Shown here piece after piece: positions 24,490 through 36,935 of a DNA stretch of 64,000 nt. The DNA is from Camelus dromedarius (Eukaryota): the NCBI RefSeq assembly GCF_036321535.1, contig NC_087437.1, forward strand, positions 96,784,001-96,848,000. Direction: 5' to 3'. Both the position numbers and the translations under genes were made by a program. Every line of letters begins with the position of its first letter. The stretch's first letter is position 1. A model generated the notes under the pieces. That model was not told the origin of the DNA. It made no database searches and saw nothing but the letters and a program-made list of their open reading frames with translations.

Positions 24490-25430
24490 TATATATTCAA
24501 GTGATGACATCAATCAATTTATTATGTATCAATTTGCAGCCAAGTGTTCCCCTAAACCTGTCTAATGTTTTGGCAAGATACTTGAAAGGACTCACTAAAA
24601 ATTTACTAGTGCTGCTTGAAATAGGTTTTTTTTTTTTCAATTTCTGGCTTAACAAAGAGAATACTGTTTGCCCTCTGAACATACAGATTTTATAGTTTAA
24701 TGTAGTAATGGATATGCTTGCCAAGAATCACAGTTTTTAATGAGTCTTTATTAAAACCATTGCTGTGTTTTAGCTTTCACTTTGGGTACTGCATTTTTAT
24801 TTAAAACTCATTCTATTTAAATTTGTCTATCTCTTTCACAATCAAAACTTAATTGACTACTGGTTTGAAAATATATTTTATATCACTCCTCATCTTCTTT
24901 TCAATAAACCTAGTAATTTCAATTAATTGATACTGATTTTGATCATATGCAATATGTAAACTTTTAAAATAGAATACACATTAGTGTTAAAAAGCATGTT
25001 GCATTCCTATGTAATGTTTCAAGTAAGATACAGCTTTGAAAGACTAAGTATTTGGGGTGCATTCAAATTTCAAAAGTATTAGCTTAGTGCAGTAGACACA
25101 GCATGATGAAAACAACTTTGCAGGTTATTGTATGTTATGAATTTAAGGATTGCTGATCTATAGATGAAACCATGCAGTAACGTTTCAAACTGAGACCAGG
25201 AAAAGGTGAACTTTTATACTTCAGTTCTGTATACAAGAAAAACAAGTTGTTTCTATTGACCAAAAGTTTCAAAAAGTTAACCCAGTTTTTCTTCTTAGAT
25301 GAAATCTGATCTAAATGATGACAGCATATTCATTATATTTTTCTAAACTATCTCTTTTTGTGAATGTCTTATGAATAAGCTAAAAGAAGTGAGTTTTAAC
25401 TTCTTCAAGTGTCACTTTCGAATAAATGTC
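24490..25430 (-). mobile_element. Possible hAT (Tip100-group) transposase N-terminal remnant
   Basis: Minus-strand ORF 24497-24724 contains 'FKYLAKTLDRFRG' and 'IHNKLIDVI', resembling the hAT/DUF4371 motifs LAxxxLAFRG and IQNELI. Extent uncertain. Confidence 0.4.
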
Positions 25431-25431
25431 A

Positions 25432-25709
25432 TTTCTTTTTAAGCTGTATTGACTGTAACTGATATACAAAATATCACATACATTTAATGTATACAGCTTG
25501 ATGAATTTGGATGTATGCATATCCCTGTGATACCATCATTATAATCAAGATACTAAAACATACCCATTATCTCCAAAAATTTCCCTGTGTTCTTTGGGCT
25601 GTGTGTGTATGTGTGTATTTTGTGGTAAGGATATTTAATATGAGATCTAGCTTCTTAATATTTTTAAAGTACAGAATACCATGGTACCACAGGTACCATG
25701 TTTTACAGC
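25432..25709 (-). mobile_element. L1MB1/L1MA10-like 3' end (non-inverted part)
   Basis: Poly-T then 'catttaatgtatacagcttgatgaatttggatgtatgcatatccctgtgataccatc...gtggtaaggatatttaatatgagatcta'. Confidence 0.8.
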
Positions 25710-25783
25710 CAAGATATGGAAACTACCCAAATGTCCATCAACAGTTGAATGGATAAAGAAAATGTGGTTTATACACATATGTA

Positions 25784-25838
<55 letters not shown>

Positions 25839-26175
25839 CCATAACAGATCAATGGATAAAGAAATTGTGGTGTATATATATATATAATATTTATACATAC
25901 ATATGTGTAAATATAATAGACTTAGAAAAAATTCATCTATTTGTGAAAACATGGATGAAACTGGAAGACATGCTAAGTGAAATAAGTCAGTTACAGCAGG
26001 ATGAATATTGCATAAATCCACTTAAATGAGGTATCTAAAATAGTCAGACTCATAAAAATAGAGAATAGAATGATAGTTGCTGGAGGTTGATGGGAGGAGG
26101 AAATGGGGAATTGTTATTCAACGGGTATAAAGCTTTTTTAAAAAAATGCAAGATGAATAATTTCTAGAGATCTAC
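25705..26175 (+). mobile_element. L1MB-like ORF2 end/3'UTR (inverted 5' part of the same insertion)
   Basis: Encodes TAKIWKLPKCPSTVEWIKKMW and TWMKLEDMLSEISQ (L1 ORF2p C-terminus); stops at ttctagagatctac. Confidence 0.85.
25789..25836. repeat. (GT)24 microsatellite
   Basis: Directly visible perfect run. Confidence 0.97.
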
Positions 26176-26269
26176 TCTATTTTCTATTATAATGTTAAAA
26201 CTTTAAGCTAGGCTTTTTCTTCTCAAAAAAAAAAAAAGAGAAGAAAAAAAATCTTAAATCAGAGAAAAA

Positions 26270-26420
26270 ATGAAATAGCTGAAGCCAAATGATACATTTG
26301 TTGGCAAGATTTCCCTAAATTCACTGGACTTTGGATTACTGCAGTTTTTCTCTGCTTTTTGAACAAAGGGCTCCACATTTCCATTTTGCACTGGGCGTTA
26401 CGAATTATGTAGCCATTCCT
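26270..26420 (+). mobile_element. MER45-family (hAT-Tip100) right end
   Basis: 'tttttgaacaaagggctccacatttccattttgcactgggcgttacgaattatgtagccattcctg' matches the MER45 terminus; left boundary uncertain. Confidence 0.75.
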
Positions 26421-26479
26421 GATCACAGTCTTCCGTGTCTAATTTTCTTAATTTAAGTAAATTTTAAAAATTAAAAAAT

Positions 26480-27545
26480 TAAGGTAAATGGGAAGTTTCT
26501 TTTTCTGTTCATATTACTATTTAGAAAAGATAACTACTCAGGCAGTAAACTTTGTTGGTAAATTACTACAAAATAACTGCATACCTATGACATGGTAATA
26601 AGGCATCATGGAGTTATCAGAATTCTTCAAAAAGCTCAGAATCTCGTTTTAAAAACTGTTGCATCATTGCAAAGTAAATAGCCATAAGCTTAAAAATATA
26701 AATTAAATGTAAATATGATGATCAGTACAAAAGAACACTATTTCAATATCAAGTTTTGAATCAATTAAGAGAAAGGATGATTGACATTTTTTCCTTGCAG
26801 TTAAAAATGCAGTTATAGAACACATAAACTAGTGCTCTGAATTATTTACAAATAATAAATTCATTTTTGGTTTCCTGTATGAGCCTATAAGTTAGAGGAA
26901 ATGTCAGAGGAAACATGAAAACGCCATTATATAAATTTGCTTTTAAAATTAAATTCAGAGTAATATGAAATTGATTCATATGAAGAGATAAATCTTTCTA
27001 GAAAAAGTTTTCCATGAAAATCAACAGCTCCATATGAACTAAAACTTATATTTTGAAATAATTTATAAGAAATTTATTCCAACATTTGCAGTCTATAAAA
27101 TATTCTTAAGAGTTTCAGTTGTGTTATCAGAATACTTCTAAATAAGAATTATCAAAATTGTTTGCTATCAAACATTTGCCTACAAGTCACATCAAACAAC
27201 TACCATTTTTAATAATGTTGATTGAAAATCAAGTTGTTAAAAGTGTAAATTTTGATGAATTAATAAAGTCATAGGAAAGTGAGCCAGAAATATCTTATGA
27301 TCAATTATGGTATCATATTAGCATAGCGTTACTGTCTTTGATAAAATTATGACACCAAAAATACATTTTGCAATTTATAAGTTATTATTCGTGTGCTACC
27401 CCATCATGCTTTGTAAGCAATAAAATACTTTAAAAAAATTGCTTCATATCTTGTACCTTGGACTGTATTTTTTTCCTGTTTTTTGAACAAGGGTATCCAC
27501 ATTCTCATTTTGCAAGCGGCTCTACAAATTATGTAATCATCCTTG
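26480..27545 (+). mobile_element. hAT-Tip100 (MER45/Zaphod-related) transposase 3' half pseudogene plus right terminus
   Basis: Broken frames give QAVNFVGKLLQN (from 26539), EIYSN..VYKIFLRVSVVLSEYF*IRIIK and IMLIENQVVKSVNFDELI, resembling the hAT dimerisation domain. Second MER45-type end at 27480-27545. Confidence 0.8.
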
Positions 27546-27598
27546 ATGGACATACAAAATCTTGCATATCCAGTTTTCTTGATTAGAATAAATAGGTA

Positions 27599-27723
27599 GG
27601 CTGCAGGGTACAGCTCAGTGGTAGAGTGCATGTCCATCATGCATGAGGTCTAGGTTAAATCTCTTGGACCTCTACTAAAATAAATAAATAAATAAACCTA
27701 ATTACCTCCCCCTCCAAAAAAAG
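27599..27723 (+). mobile_element. tRNA-derived SINE, vic-1-like (camelid)
   Basis: gggtacagctcagtggtagagtgcatg...catgcatgaggtc head; (taaa)n-cctaattacctcccc-A tail; TSD aaataggta (27590-27598 and 27724-27732). Confidence 0.88.
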
Positions 27724-29316
27724 AAATAGGTAAGTAAGAAGTTTTCACTTCTTTTCATCTTAATATTTAGAGAAGAAAACACAGTACTCTCTTCTGTGAT
27801 CCTTTCTTCTCTCCTTTCCAGTGCTTTAGCTCCCCTTAATTACTTAACTTTTTAACTTCATACATGCTCATGTTTTCCAAAGCAATAAGGAACCAGGTTT
27901 TCCCTTAGAGTAAAACCCTGCATTTAAGATCTAAGTCATGGTTTTCTAAATCACCAGATATTTTCCACTTACATGACTGTCAGGGGCCAGATTTTTTTTT
28001 TTTTAAAGAAATGTTTTTCTTCAATGAGAAAGCCCCAGCAGCCATCATTTGCCATATTTGACACAGCTGGTGAATGAGCAAAAGACACAAATTGTTACAG
28101 AATCCCAGAACAAACTGCACTCTTGTTTCAGCACCACCTGGGGCCTCTTAATGTATGAAGCAGGAAAAGGAAATATGCAAATGTTGGTATTCATTTGCAT
28201 AGAGCTGATTCCACTGAATAGTTTTCTTGGGTTTCCTAATGTTTTCACAATTTTCTCAGCATATACTTATCAATCATTTTTCTTGTCAGTAAGAATGTCA
28301 ATTTTTTTTTTTTTTTGTATCCATGTTAAAGTGTTGCCTGAAGGTACTGCAATTTCTGGATCCTCTCAAGGTAAGAATTTCCTTGGAAAAGTCTATAATT
28401 CTTGACAGAAGAGAAATCACCATTACTGAAAAAGCAAAAAGCAATGATGCCAGTGCATAGTAAGCAACAGACTACCAGACTTCATTCTTTATCTTAATGG
28501 GGCTTTTGGTTACCATACGTTGAACATAAAAATGAAGCAGAAACATTACAGCACTAAAGCCGAGCTGCAGCGTTCTTTCTTCTGGGTATGGATACCACTC
28601 TGTCCATGGATCCCAGCCTCCGTTAGTCAGTCAGTCATTATCAATGAGTGCCCTAAAGAGCCACTAAAATTTAAAGGCCTCTTTTTCAAGCTAAGGCATA
28701 CCTGCTTTTCTAGTCAATATGGTGTCTTCACAGAAGATCACTCAACAAATAACTAGAAAATTAATCTAGAAACTGTTCCTCAAATAGATCAGTATTTTCA
28801 TTATTATAAACCTCTATTAATTGAAAAAAAGTATACAGTGGCTTATAATAGCAGTGTCGGAGGCAGGACCTCTTATTTTCACACTTCTGTGTGAACTCAA
28901 AGAATTCTTTTGGATTCTTTTTCACTTTTCTTTTCAACAACCTTTAGAAGGAAATGTTTTGGTGCTAGATTATTTGTTCTTTTTTATTTAATTTCAAATA
29001 TCCATATAAAAATCACTTTGGCTACTACTTCACATGCATTTTTTACATATGATCAGGCTCACAAAAATTATATTTAATGCACAAAAATGCATGTCTCTAA
29101 AGTCTCCTTTATTTGCATTTTCTAACAATTTTATTTTCTTTTATTAGGCTTTGTTAACCACATCTAAGATTCCTGCAAAAACATGTCTCATTCAGGTGCA
29201 TATATCTGTGTAATGCACATCAACAGCTCCAGTAAAAGATGAGAATGTTAAAGCTACTCTGTGTTTATTCAAAAGAACCGCTAGTAACTTTAACATTTTA
29301 CAACCAATTCTAAACC

Positions 29317-29693
29317 TGTTTTGGATTGAATGTTTGTGTCCTCTCTAAAACTCACATGTTGAAATCCTAACCCTCAATGTGATGCTATCAGGAGGTACTG
29401 GTAGATAATTAGGTCATAAGGGTGGAGCTCTCATTAATGAGATTAGCGCCCTTATAAGAATTGACATGATAGAGATTGCTCCCTCTTTCTGTTCTTCACC
29501 ATTGGAGGATACAATAGAGAAGATGGCTGTCAGCAAACTAGGAAGATGGTCCTCATCAGACAATAGATTGGCTGGTGCCTAGATCTCAGACTCCCAGCCT
29601 CCAGAACTGTGAGAAATAAATGCTTCTTGTTTAAGCCACCCCATCTGTGTGTTTTTTTTTTTTTATCATAGCAGGCTTAGACTGTCTGAGACA
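29317..29693 (+). mobile_element. MLT1A/MLT1A0 MaLR solo LTR
   Basis: TG...CA ends, ~377 bp; gaatgtttgtgtcc..catgttgaaatcctaaccc and cagcctccagaactgtgagaaataaat. Confidence 0.9.
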
Positions 29694-29859
29694 GTACCCT
29701 CACTACAAGCAGGAAAGTATGTGGAAGTCACAGAGCCGTCTCACTAAAGCCATTCTCTCCATCCTTTAAGCCCTTACCCATAATGGTACTTAGGCTGGAA
29801 TCATTTCATATTCTGTCCTTAAGCTTTTATAATGGGTTTCTTGGTACACAGAAGACACA

Positions 29860-30125
29860 TCATTCATATATTTCAAGCATATATGTCAAATTATTTGCTA
29901 CACATGGCGAAGCACCAGAAATAAAGTGGTCAATAAAACAGGTACTATCCCTCTTGTCATGGAACCCACAGTCGGGTGGGTGAGATCAATGATACATAAA
30001 AATAAGGCTACAAACCATGATTAATACTATGGAAGCAGAAAGTGCAACATTAACAGAGCTACAAATAGGTATCTTAAAAGAGGGGAGGGAAGTTTTCTCT
30101 GAAAAACTTATATTGAAATTTAGAG
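29860..30125 (-). mobile_element. L2 3' fragment
   Basis: 'aataaaacaggtactatccctcttgtcatggaacccacagtc' resembles antisense L2. Confidence 0.5.
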
Positions 30126-32634
30126 GGATTAGGTTTCTGTTCCCATTTATAGCTACCTCAATTTGGCAGTGGTAAAGCCCACTGGATACAAGAAGACCCT
30201 CTCCTCAGTGAGAACGTAAGGCTGCTCCTGCCTCCTTCTTTTCTTAGAAGACAATTCCCCTGATTTTTTCATCTGTTGAAATTCTTACTCTTTGCTTTCT
30301 CTTCTTCCAACATGTGCACCTATCACCTTGCTGTATAACCAAACTGAGAAAACTTACTAAAATAAGTGCAATATTATCTCTTTTTTCCTTGATCTTGATA
30401 TAGTCAACACAATATCAGTATGTCAAAATGTATGGCAAAAGGTCCCGTATAATAGTATAAATTTGTTTCAATCGCTACCCTCAGCCTCCAACCAACTCTA
30501 AAAGAGAAATATATAATATTGAGTAAAAATTAAGTAAAAAAAATACTAACTACTAAGAAGCAATGCCGATTTTCTTGGCACCAAGAACCAAGTATTATTT
30601 CTCTTGTGGTTCTTGAGAAAAGCAAACACTCCTGATGTTGTAGTAGATACACATCATGGTTATACATGATGTTAAAAAATAAAAAAAAGATAACGTGCTA
30701 ATGAATGCCAATATTAAGCAGAGACTAAGTTTTTCTCTGCTATTCTCTCATGTATATTTGAGTAGGAAAATTCTGAGTTTATGGTCCATTCTTGCGTTTG
30801 ATTTCTAAAAGGTTAGCCAACATGGAAGGACTTTTACTCTTGGTGGTAAATTCATGAGGCACTTAGTAAGGATCTCTGTGTAATGCTGATAACCTTGGGG
30901 TTGGGTGTGGGGAGTTAACCTTTGCGGCATGCTCCAAGCAACAGAGGATACACTTTAGCGATTCCCGTGAATATACATACTTAAGAGGTTCCCATGAATG
31001 TATGTGCTCCCCGTACAAAATGCTTCGGTAAAAGTTTTCCCTTTTATATCATTATTTTATTTCACAAAATTACATCAGGAACCCAAATGGATTTCAATCC
31101 ACTTTTCATTTACAATCTTCAAGAGTGAGAGAGGTCAGAAGAGGCCTACAGTGGCCCAAGAAGTGAGTGGCTGAATTGCAGTAACTGCCACAATTCTGGG
31201 CAGAATACAATGGATCTATTTAAACACACACAATGCATTGATTTATTTATTCACCGGATTTAATCTGTCTTTAAAAATCTTTTAAGATATTTAAACTATC
31301 TTTGTAATAAAAAATTGCCCTTAAGATATTCAGTCATGGATTTCTTGCCTTTATTTTAGTATTGATAATACGTAGAAATAATATTTAAAGAAGTATTCAT
31401 ATATAAAAGACATACAAATAATGCAGGTGGAAACATGCCCCTAAATGATGCTAAATACCAGATCCAAATACTTCTTACTTAAATTAGCATCGGCGAGTAA
31501 TTGATGGCTATGCCCTTAGAATGCCTTGCATGCTTTCATGAGGAGGGAGAGCCTGACTCCCTCCATAATGATGATCTTCCACACAAGTAAAATGACCAGA
31601 GAAATGTCTCTTTTAACACCTCTCCCACCACATAAAATACTCATTCATACATCAACTCAGGCAGTTTCATGGGGAGAGGCCAGTTTTGCAAGAGGGTCAA
31701 GGTTTCAGATTATAGAGTCGGAAGGTCCATCGTGCTTTGCCATTTCCTTTGTCCTCCCATCCTATTAATTCAAAAATCTTTCACAAGGAGTAATTAGACC
31801 TACTCTGGACCACCACCAAGGTTTTCTATCAAATTTCTTTCCTGTTTATGTTTGAGTTACTCAGAAGTTATCTGTGTGCCCTTTGGACACATAGGACCTA
31901 TTTTTTTCAAACTCCTGCAGTACAAAGAATGTAATCTTAGCTGCCTGGGTTCTGGATTATATCATTGCATTTCTCTATTTCAACTGAGATATCTCAGAGT
32001 AAAGAGTGAAAGTAGTAATTTGTCATAATAGTCCCCTCATCCCAATTCAGAAAAAAAAAATTTTTTTTTTGTTTAAAAGGCTTCATTGCCTAAGGTTGAA
32101 TATACACTGCCTAATAAGCTTTAGTTCAGTCAAACAGAAGTTTTATCTATAAATTATCCTCTTCTGAAACAATTGTAAGTTTGTTTCTGATGTGACAATA
32201 TTCACTTCTTTTTGAAGTTGCATTTGTGTCATTAATTGAGGAATCATTAATTGGAAAATAGAGCAATTAGCAGTTATCGACTGAGAATTATAAGAACATC
32301 TAGGAAGTTAATTGGGTACTGATTATTATGTGCTGATAAAGTGGACAGGTTTGTAAATTATTCTATCCACCAAGTGGAATTTTAAACAACTTATGTCCTT
32401 TGATAGACATTCTTGGACAATTTATGTTGTCCTCGTCATTTTTATTATTTTAAAAAACTATCAGAAAGAGAATCATTACTTCAGAAAGGAAATAAATATG
32501 ATTTCCTTATTTACTGTATCTTATTTCTGAATATAAGCATTATTGTATCACTAGAACTAAAAACTTTTCAGTCGTGATTTGGGGATAGGAGCTGTTATAT
32601 CACGAGCACTCTTAGTAATTTAAGAAATTTGGGC

Positions 32635-32780
32635 AGCACCCAACTCAGTTATTTTTCATCACAGAAAAGAAGGCAAATGCAGAGAAGTAATTTGCCCAAG
32701 TCACAAAGCTCGTGACTCAATCAGCCTAAGAAACTTGAGTCTTATGTCTAGTGTTCACTGTCTTATCCATTCTGCTCACC
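32635..32780 (-). mobile_element. MIR fragment
   Basis: 'cagagaagtaatttgcccaagtcaca' MIR core. Confidence 0.5.
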
Positions 32781-33053
32781 TAATCGGCTTTTAGTTCTAT
32801 AATCAGAAAACTTCATGGCAAATTTTACTTGTGCTTGAAAAAATCTTCTTAGAGATTAATTAGAAACGTGTTGGGTTCTTTATTACCTTTTTTGAAAACT
32901 TAACATTCTCATGTATACATTGTATGCATTGTTGGTCAAAATATTTTCTATTTAAATAATTCATTAATGACTTTGGAGAATGCAAAAAAATCCTTCAAAT
33001 TTGGAAACAGTAATAGCACATATTTTAAAGATCTTGGAGAATTGCAATTTTTA

Positions 33054-33198
33054 TTTTTTTTTAAATTGAAGTACAGTTTATTTAAAATGTGTTAGTTTCT
33101 GGTGTACAGCACAGGGATTCAGTTATACATATATATATATTCTTTTTCATATTCTTTTTCACCATAGGTTATTACAAGATATGGAATTTAAGTCCCTG
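33054..33198 (-). mobile_element. Short 5'-truncated young L1 tail
   Basis: aattgaagtacagtt...tttctggtgtacagca...tccctgtgc; exact 11-bp TSD tgcaattttta (33043-33053 and 33199-33209). Confidence 0.88.
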
Positions 33199-33722
33199 TG
33201 CAATTTTTAACTAAAGTACCTTTGTAATTATAGCCACTGCTGATAAACTTCACTGAGTTTTAACTTTATAGTTTTACTTTACAAACTGAATTTAAAAGCA
33301 ACTTTTGTGTTAAACAATAGCTTTCCTCATCTAGCCTATTTTTATAGCCTCGACTTCTTTTCCCTCACTTAATCATCATTAGATTTGCCTACCTCAATTC
33401 TAACCAATTTCTTATTCCTTGAATACATTCAACTCAATTTCTTTTTTTTTTTTTTTTTTGGTTTAAATTTGAAATCTACTGCCATGCTTCCCTCATTTTA
33501 AGGGAGTAAAATAAATATTCAGGATATTTTCCAGCTATCTTGCAAATACAAAGTGGCAGTGAAGTTTACTGAGACTCAAATACATCATTATGAGATAGAA
33601 AGAAAAGGTTACATCAGATCAATAGGACTTGTGTTAGAAACAATCATTACACCACTTGTTACAGTCATTTCTATTTCTTCAGAAAGGACCTTGCTGTGTA
33701 TCCGTAACTGTGTTTTTGACCT

Positions 33723-33850
33723 TGAAAATGAAAATGAATATATGTATGTATATGCATGACTGGGACATTATGCTGTACACCAGAAACTGACACACTGCAA
33801 CCGACTATACTTCAATTTAAAAAAAAATCTTTTGGCAAAAAAAAAAAAAA
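33723..33850 (+). mobile_element. Short young L1 3' tail with a split poly-A
   Basis: gaatatatgtatgtatatgcatgactgggacattatgctgtacaccagaaactgacacactgcaaccgactatacttcaattt followed by an A run. Confidence 0.85.
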
Positions 33851-34599
33851 GATGAAATCACCAGCAAGCACTACATTTTTTTCATCTCTTAAAATAAGCT
33901 TCTGCTTAGTTTCCAAACACATCTCTCTTACTTGTGTACCTCAGAAGTGCAGATGATACATTATAGAATCTTTCCAAATGCCCTCTAAACAGATACATTA
34001 TTAAAATCATATATTTTTCTCAGGATCATTTAGGGGACAATTCTGTGGAGAATATTTAAGTAGACAACTTAAAGCACTATGAAGCAGTGAAAAAAGAACT
34101 TGTTCCCCTAGGACCTCTTTGTGAAGTAATACATGATACTTAGCCCTCCTCAAGAGAAAATGCCATGAAAAATGTTTTAATGACCAATGCTCTGGGATAT
34201 ATATTCATTTATTGTAAACATTAAATAATATTTATGGTCACAATGTGTATGGTTTCTAGAAGCTCCCATTTTCATTACCCATTCAAATCAAATTTTCCCT
34301 GCTTTCTCGTCATTTTTGTGTAAAAAGATAAAAATATAAATTTAAATAGCCTCATGTGTATCAAAATTCACAGGACTCATCTACAAGTTGTTGAGACTGT
34401 TATCAGTTTCCTTACACTTACTGGTTTTTGTAACAGCTAATGAGTTAATAAATGTCACAGATTTTTAGAACAGTGTCCCCACTAGATGATTAAAACACCT
34501 TGAATAGGGTACTGATAAAATTCTTCTCTGAGAAGACTGATGAGTATGTAAAATGAGGAAAGATTAAAACAGCCACTTTGACCTACCCTTACATATATT

Positions 34600-34806
34600 T
34601 TACTACTGAGAATAGTAGTTTTGCACCATTGGTCAACAAACATGATTTCATATTAATTTTAGGTCTTCACAACAATAGGAGGAAGAAAAGAAACCTTGGA
34701 GAAGTTAAGAATCTTGCTTAACTTTACACAGCTTTGGAGAGGAAAATCCTCCCCCATTTTCTGATTTCAAGTTCAAGGCTCCTTCCTTCATAGCATTCTG
34801 CCTCCC
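34600..34806 (-). mobile_element. MIR SINE
   Basis: 'gagaagttaagaatcttgcttaactttacacagct...ctgatttcaagttcaaggctccttcc...ctgcctc'. Confidence 0.55.
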
Positions 34807-36000
34807 AAGTAAATTGTATGACAATGAAAGGAAAATGTGAAAACAGATTTTTCCCCCCTCTTCCTTCAATCTTTAGTTCTGCTATCTTGGAAAGACCAAA
34901 TGAGTTTTATGTGAGGTGAAATTTGCCTTAAATTATAAGTTTAATAATTTAGAATTATAAGACTATAATTTTGAATAAGAAGACCCAAGTATGGAAAAGA
35001 TTCCAAAAGATGCTTGGTTAAAATGTCAATTTAAAACACCATCCATTAAGAGTTACTAAATAGAGAAAGATGTTGCAATGAGATCAAATTTAGCTGAAGT
35101 CAGTTTGCATTGATCTTTAGACCTTCATTTCCATTGCCCCAGTATATTATTGTCGCTCTGTGTATGTTTTAATAAATGAAAATCTTATTGGATTCATTTC
35201 TATCTGTTTAGATAAGACTATACAGGGTCAATATCTCAAAAGTTTTGGGGTAAAGTAGCCCATTATTGTTCCAAATTAAAAAAAAAAAACTAGAAACAAA
35301 TTCTAAAGGTTAATAAGATTGCACATAATTTTAGCTTTATTAAACTGAAGGAATAAATCAACTATCTTGATAACATGTACCAACTCATTCATTTGAACAC
35401 TGACTACTTTGGAAGATATAATTCCCTTCAACTTTCCTAGGAAAGCATTTTCTCATGAGCAATTATATGTGGAACAGAAGGGTAGAATAACTAACTCTCC
35501 TAAGGAGAAACTTTAATTGTATCTTTCACTTGTGTTTATAATTTGCCTGGTCTTCTTTTCCCAAAATTAACTTTTCACCTCTAGTGGTGACTTCTCTGTG
35601 CCTCTTGAGTACCAGATGCTCATAAAAGGATTATTTAAGTCAATTGCTTAATGCACAGTTTTGGATGGAAGTGCCACAAGAAGGAAGACAAGAGGAGGCT
35701 GTAGTGACAAGCTTGACATGGCTGTGGGTTTGAGGATCATTCTACTCTAACATTTACTCAAACCATGACCTACTTCTTTCCAATAAGATGGTGTCAGGCC
35801 AGTGAGTGATGTCTCTGGGTCTATGCTGAGAATGCTGCTTTGTAAGTGAACAACAGTTTAGTTAAGAATTAAAATTGGAACAATACTAGAATGTTTGGAC
35901 TGCCAAGTTGGAGCTACGTATTAAATTTTCAGTGTTGACTTTTCCCACAAATACTCAACTTTGTCCAAAGGACAGAAAGGAATTGATGTTACAAAGCAAC

Positions 36001-36006
<6 letters not shown>

Positions 36007-36040
<34 letters not shown>
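36007..36040. repeat. (GT)17 microsatellite
   Basis: Directly visible perfect run. Confidence 0.97.
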
Positions 36041-36043
<3 letters not shown>

Positions 36044-36159
36044 TTTTCAGGGTGGACAGTTTATCTATGGCTTTTGACTTATTTGAGAAACAGTATTAAA
36101 ACAGAAAGGCCATGTAACAGTATCTGTGAGGGTCATTTCCTTTAGCCATTTAAAATGGC

Positions 36160-36265
36160 TATGTTCCCCATTAGACTGCAAATTTTTGCCCCTCATTCTA
36201 GATTCAGTATCTAATAGACTTTTTGGTACATATTAGGCATTCAAAATATTGTTAAATTATCAAGT
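36160..36265 (+). mobile_element. L2 3' terminal fragment
   Basis: 'ccccattagactgcaaa...tggtacatattaggcattcaaaatattgttaaat'. Confidence 0.5.
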
Positions 36266-36739
36266 GAATCTTTGCAAAGTCAATGATTTTTATTTTGTCC
36301 CTATTATTTTCCATGGTGGAAGACTGCATCTCTTACCCTCCTTAACACTTGGTTAAACGTATTTGTATATTGTTTACAAAATGATAGATTGAAAAAAGGA
36401 GAGGAGAAACAAAAGGTGAGAAAAGTTTACCAAAAAAAAGTATGGAAATTCAAACTCATTATCAGTAACAATCTAAAATATTTGCTTTACTGAGGGAAAC
36501 TATCATCTTCATGTAGGAAAGGCATAAAATTAACTGAAACACTAACATTTTTTATAAAAACTAAATTAACCTACAGTCCAATGGGATCTTATGTAAACAG
36601 GCTTACAAATTCAAAATGAGTCCTTTAATTCACATAGTCAAACTGGAAGATACCACTGTAGAGGTGAGAGGATATAGTAAAACCTATAGCATAATGGGGA
36701 AAAGGGGTCAACATTTAAATAATTATATTATTAGAGGAT

Positions 36740-36935
36740 GTGTAGCAACATGGTTAGGAAAACAGATTCTAGAGCTCAGACTGCCAAGGTTCTAATTTCA
36801 ACAGGGCTGTTTTCTCTCTGTGCCCAGAAAAAGTTACTTAACTTCTCTGTGCTAATAGTTTCATCTTCTCTAGATTGGGTAAAAATGACAGTACCCATCA
36901 CATAGGGTTATTATGAGGAGCCAATAAATTAGTGA
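36740..36935 (+). mobile_element. MIR/MIRb SINE
   Basis: 'ggttaggaaaacagattctagagctcagactgcc..aagttacttaacttctctgtgc..gtacccatcacatagggttattatgagga'. Confidence 0.8.
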
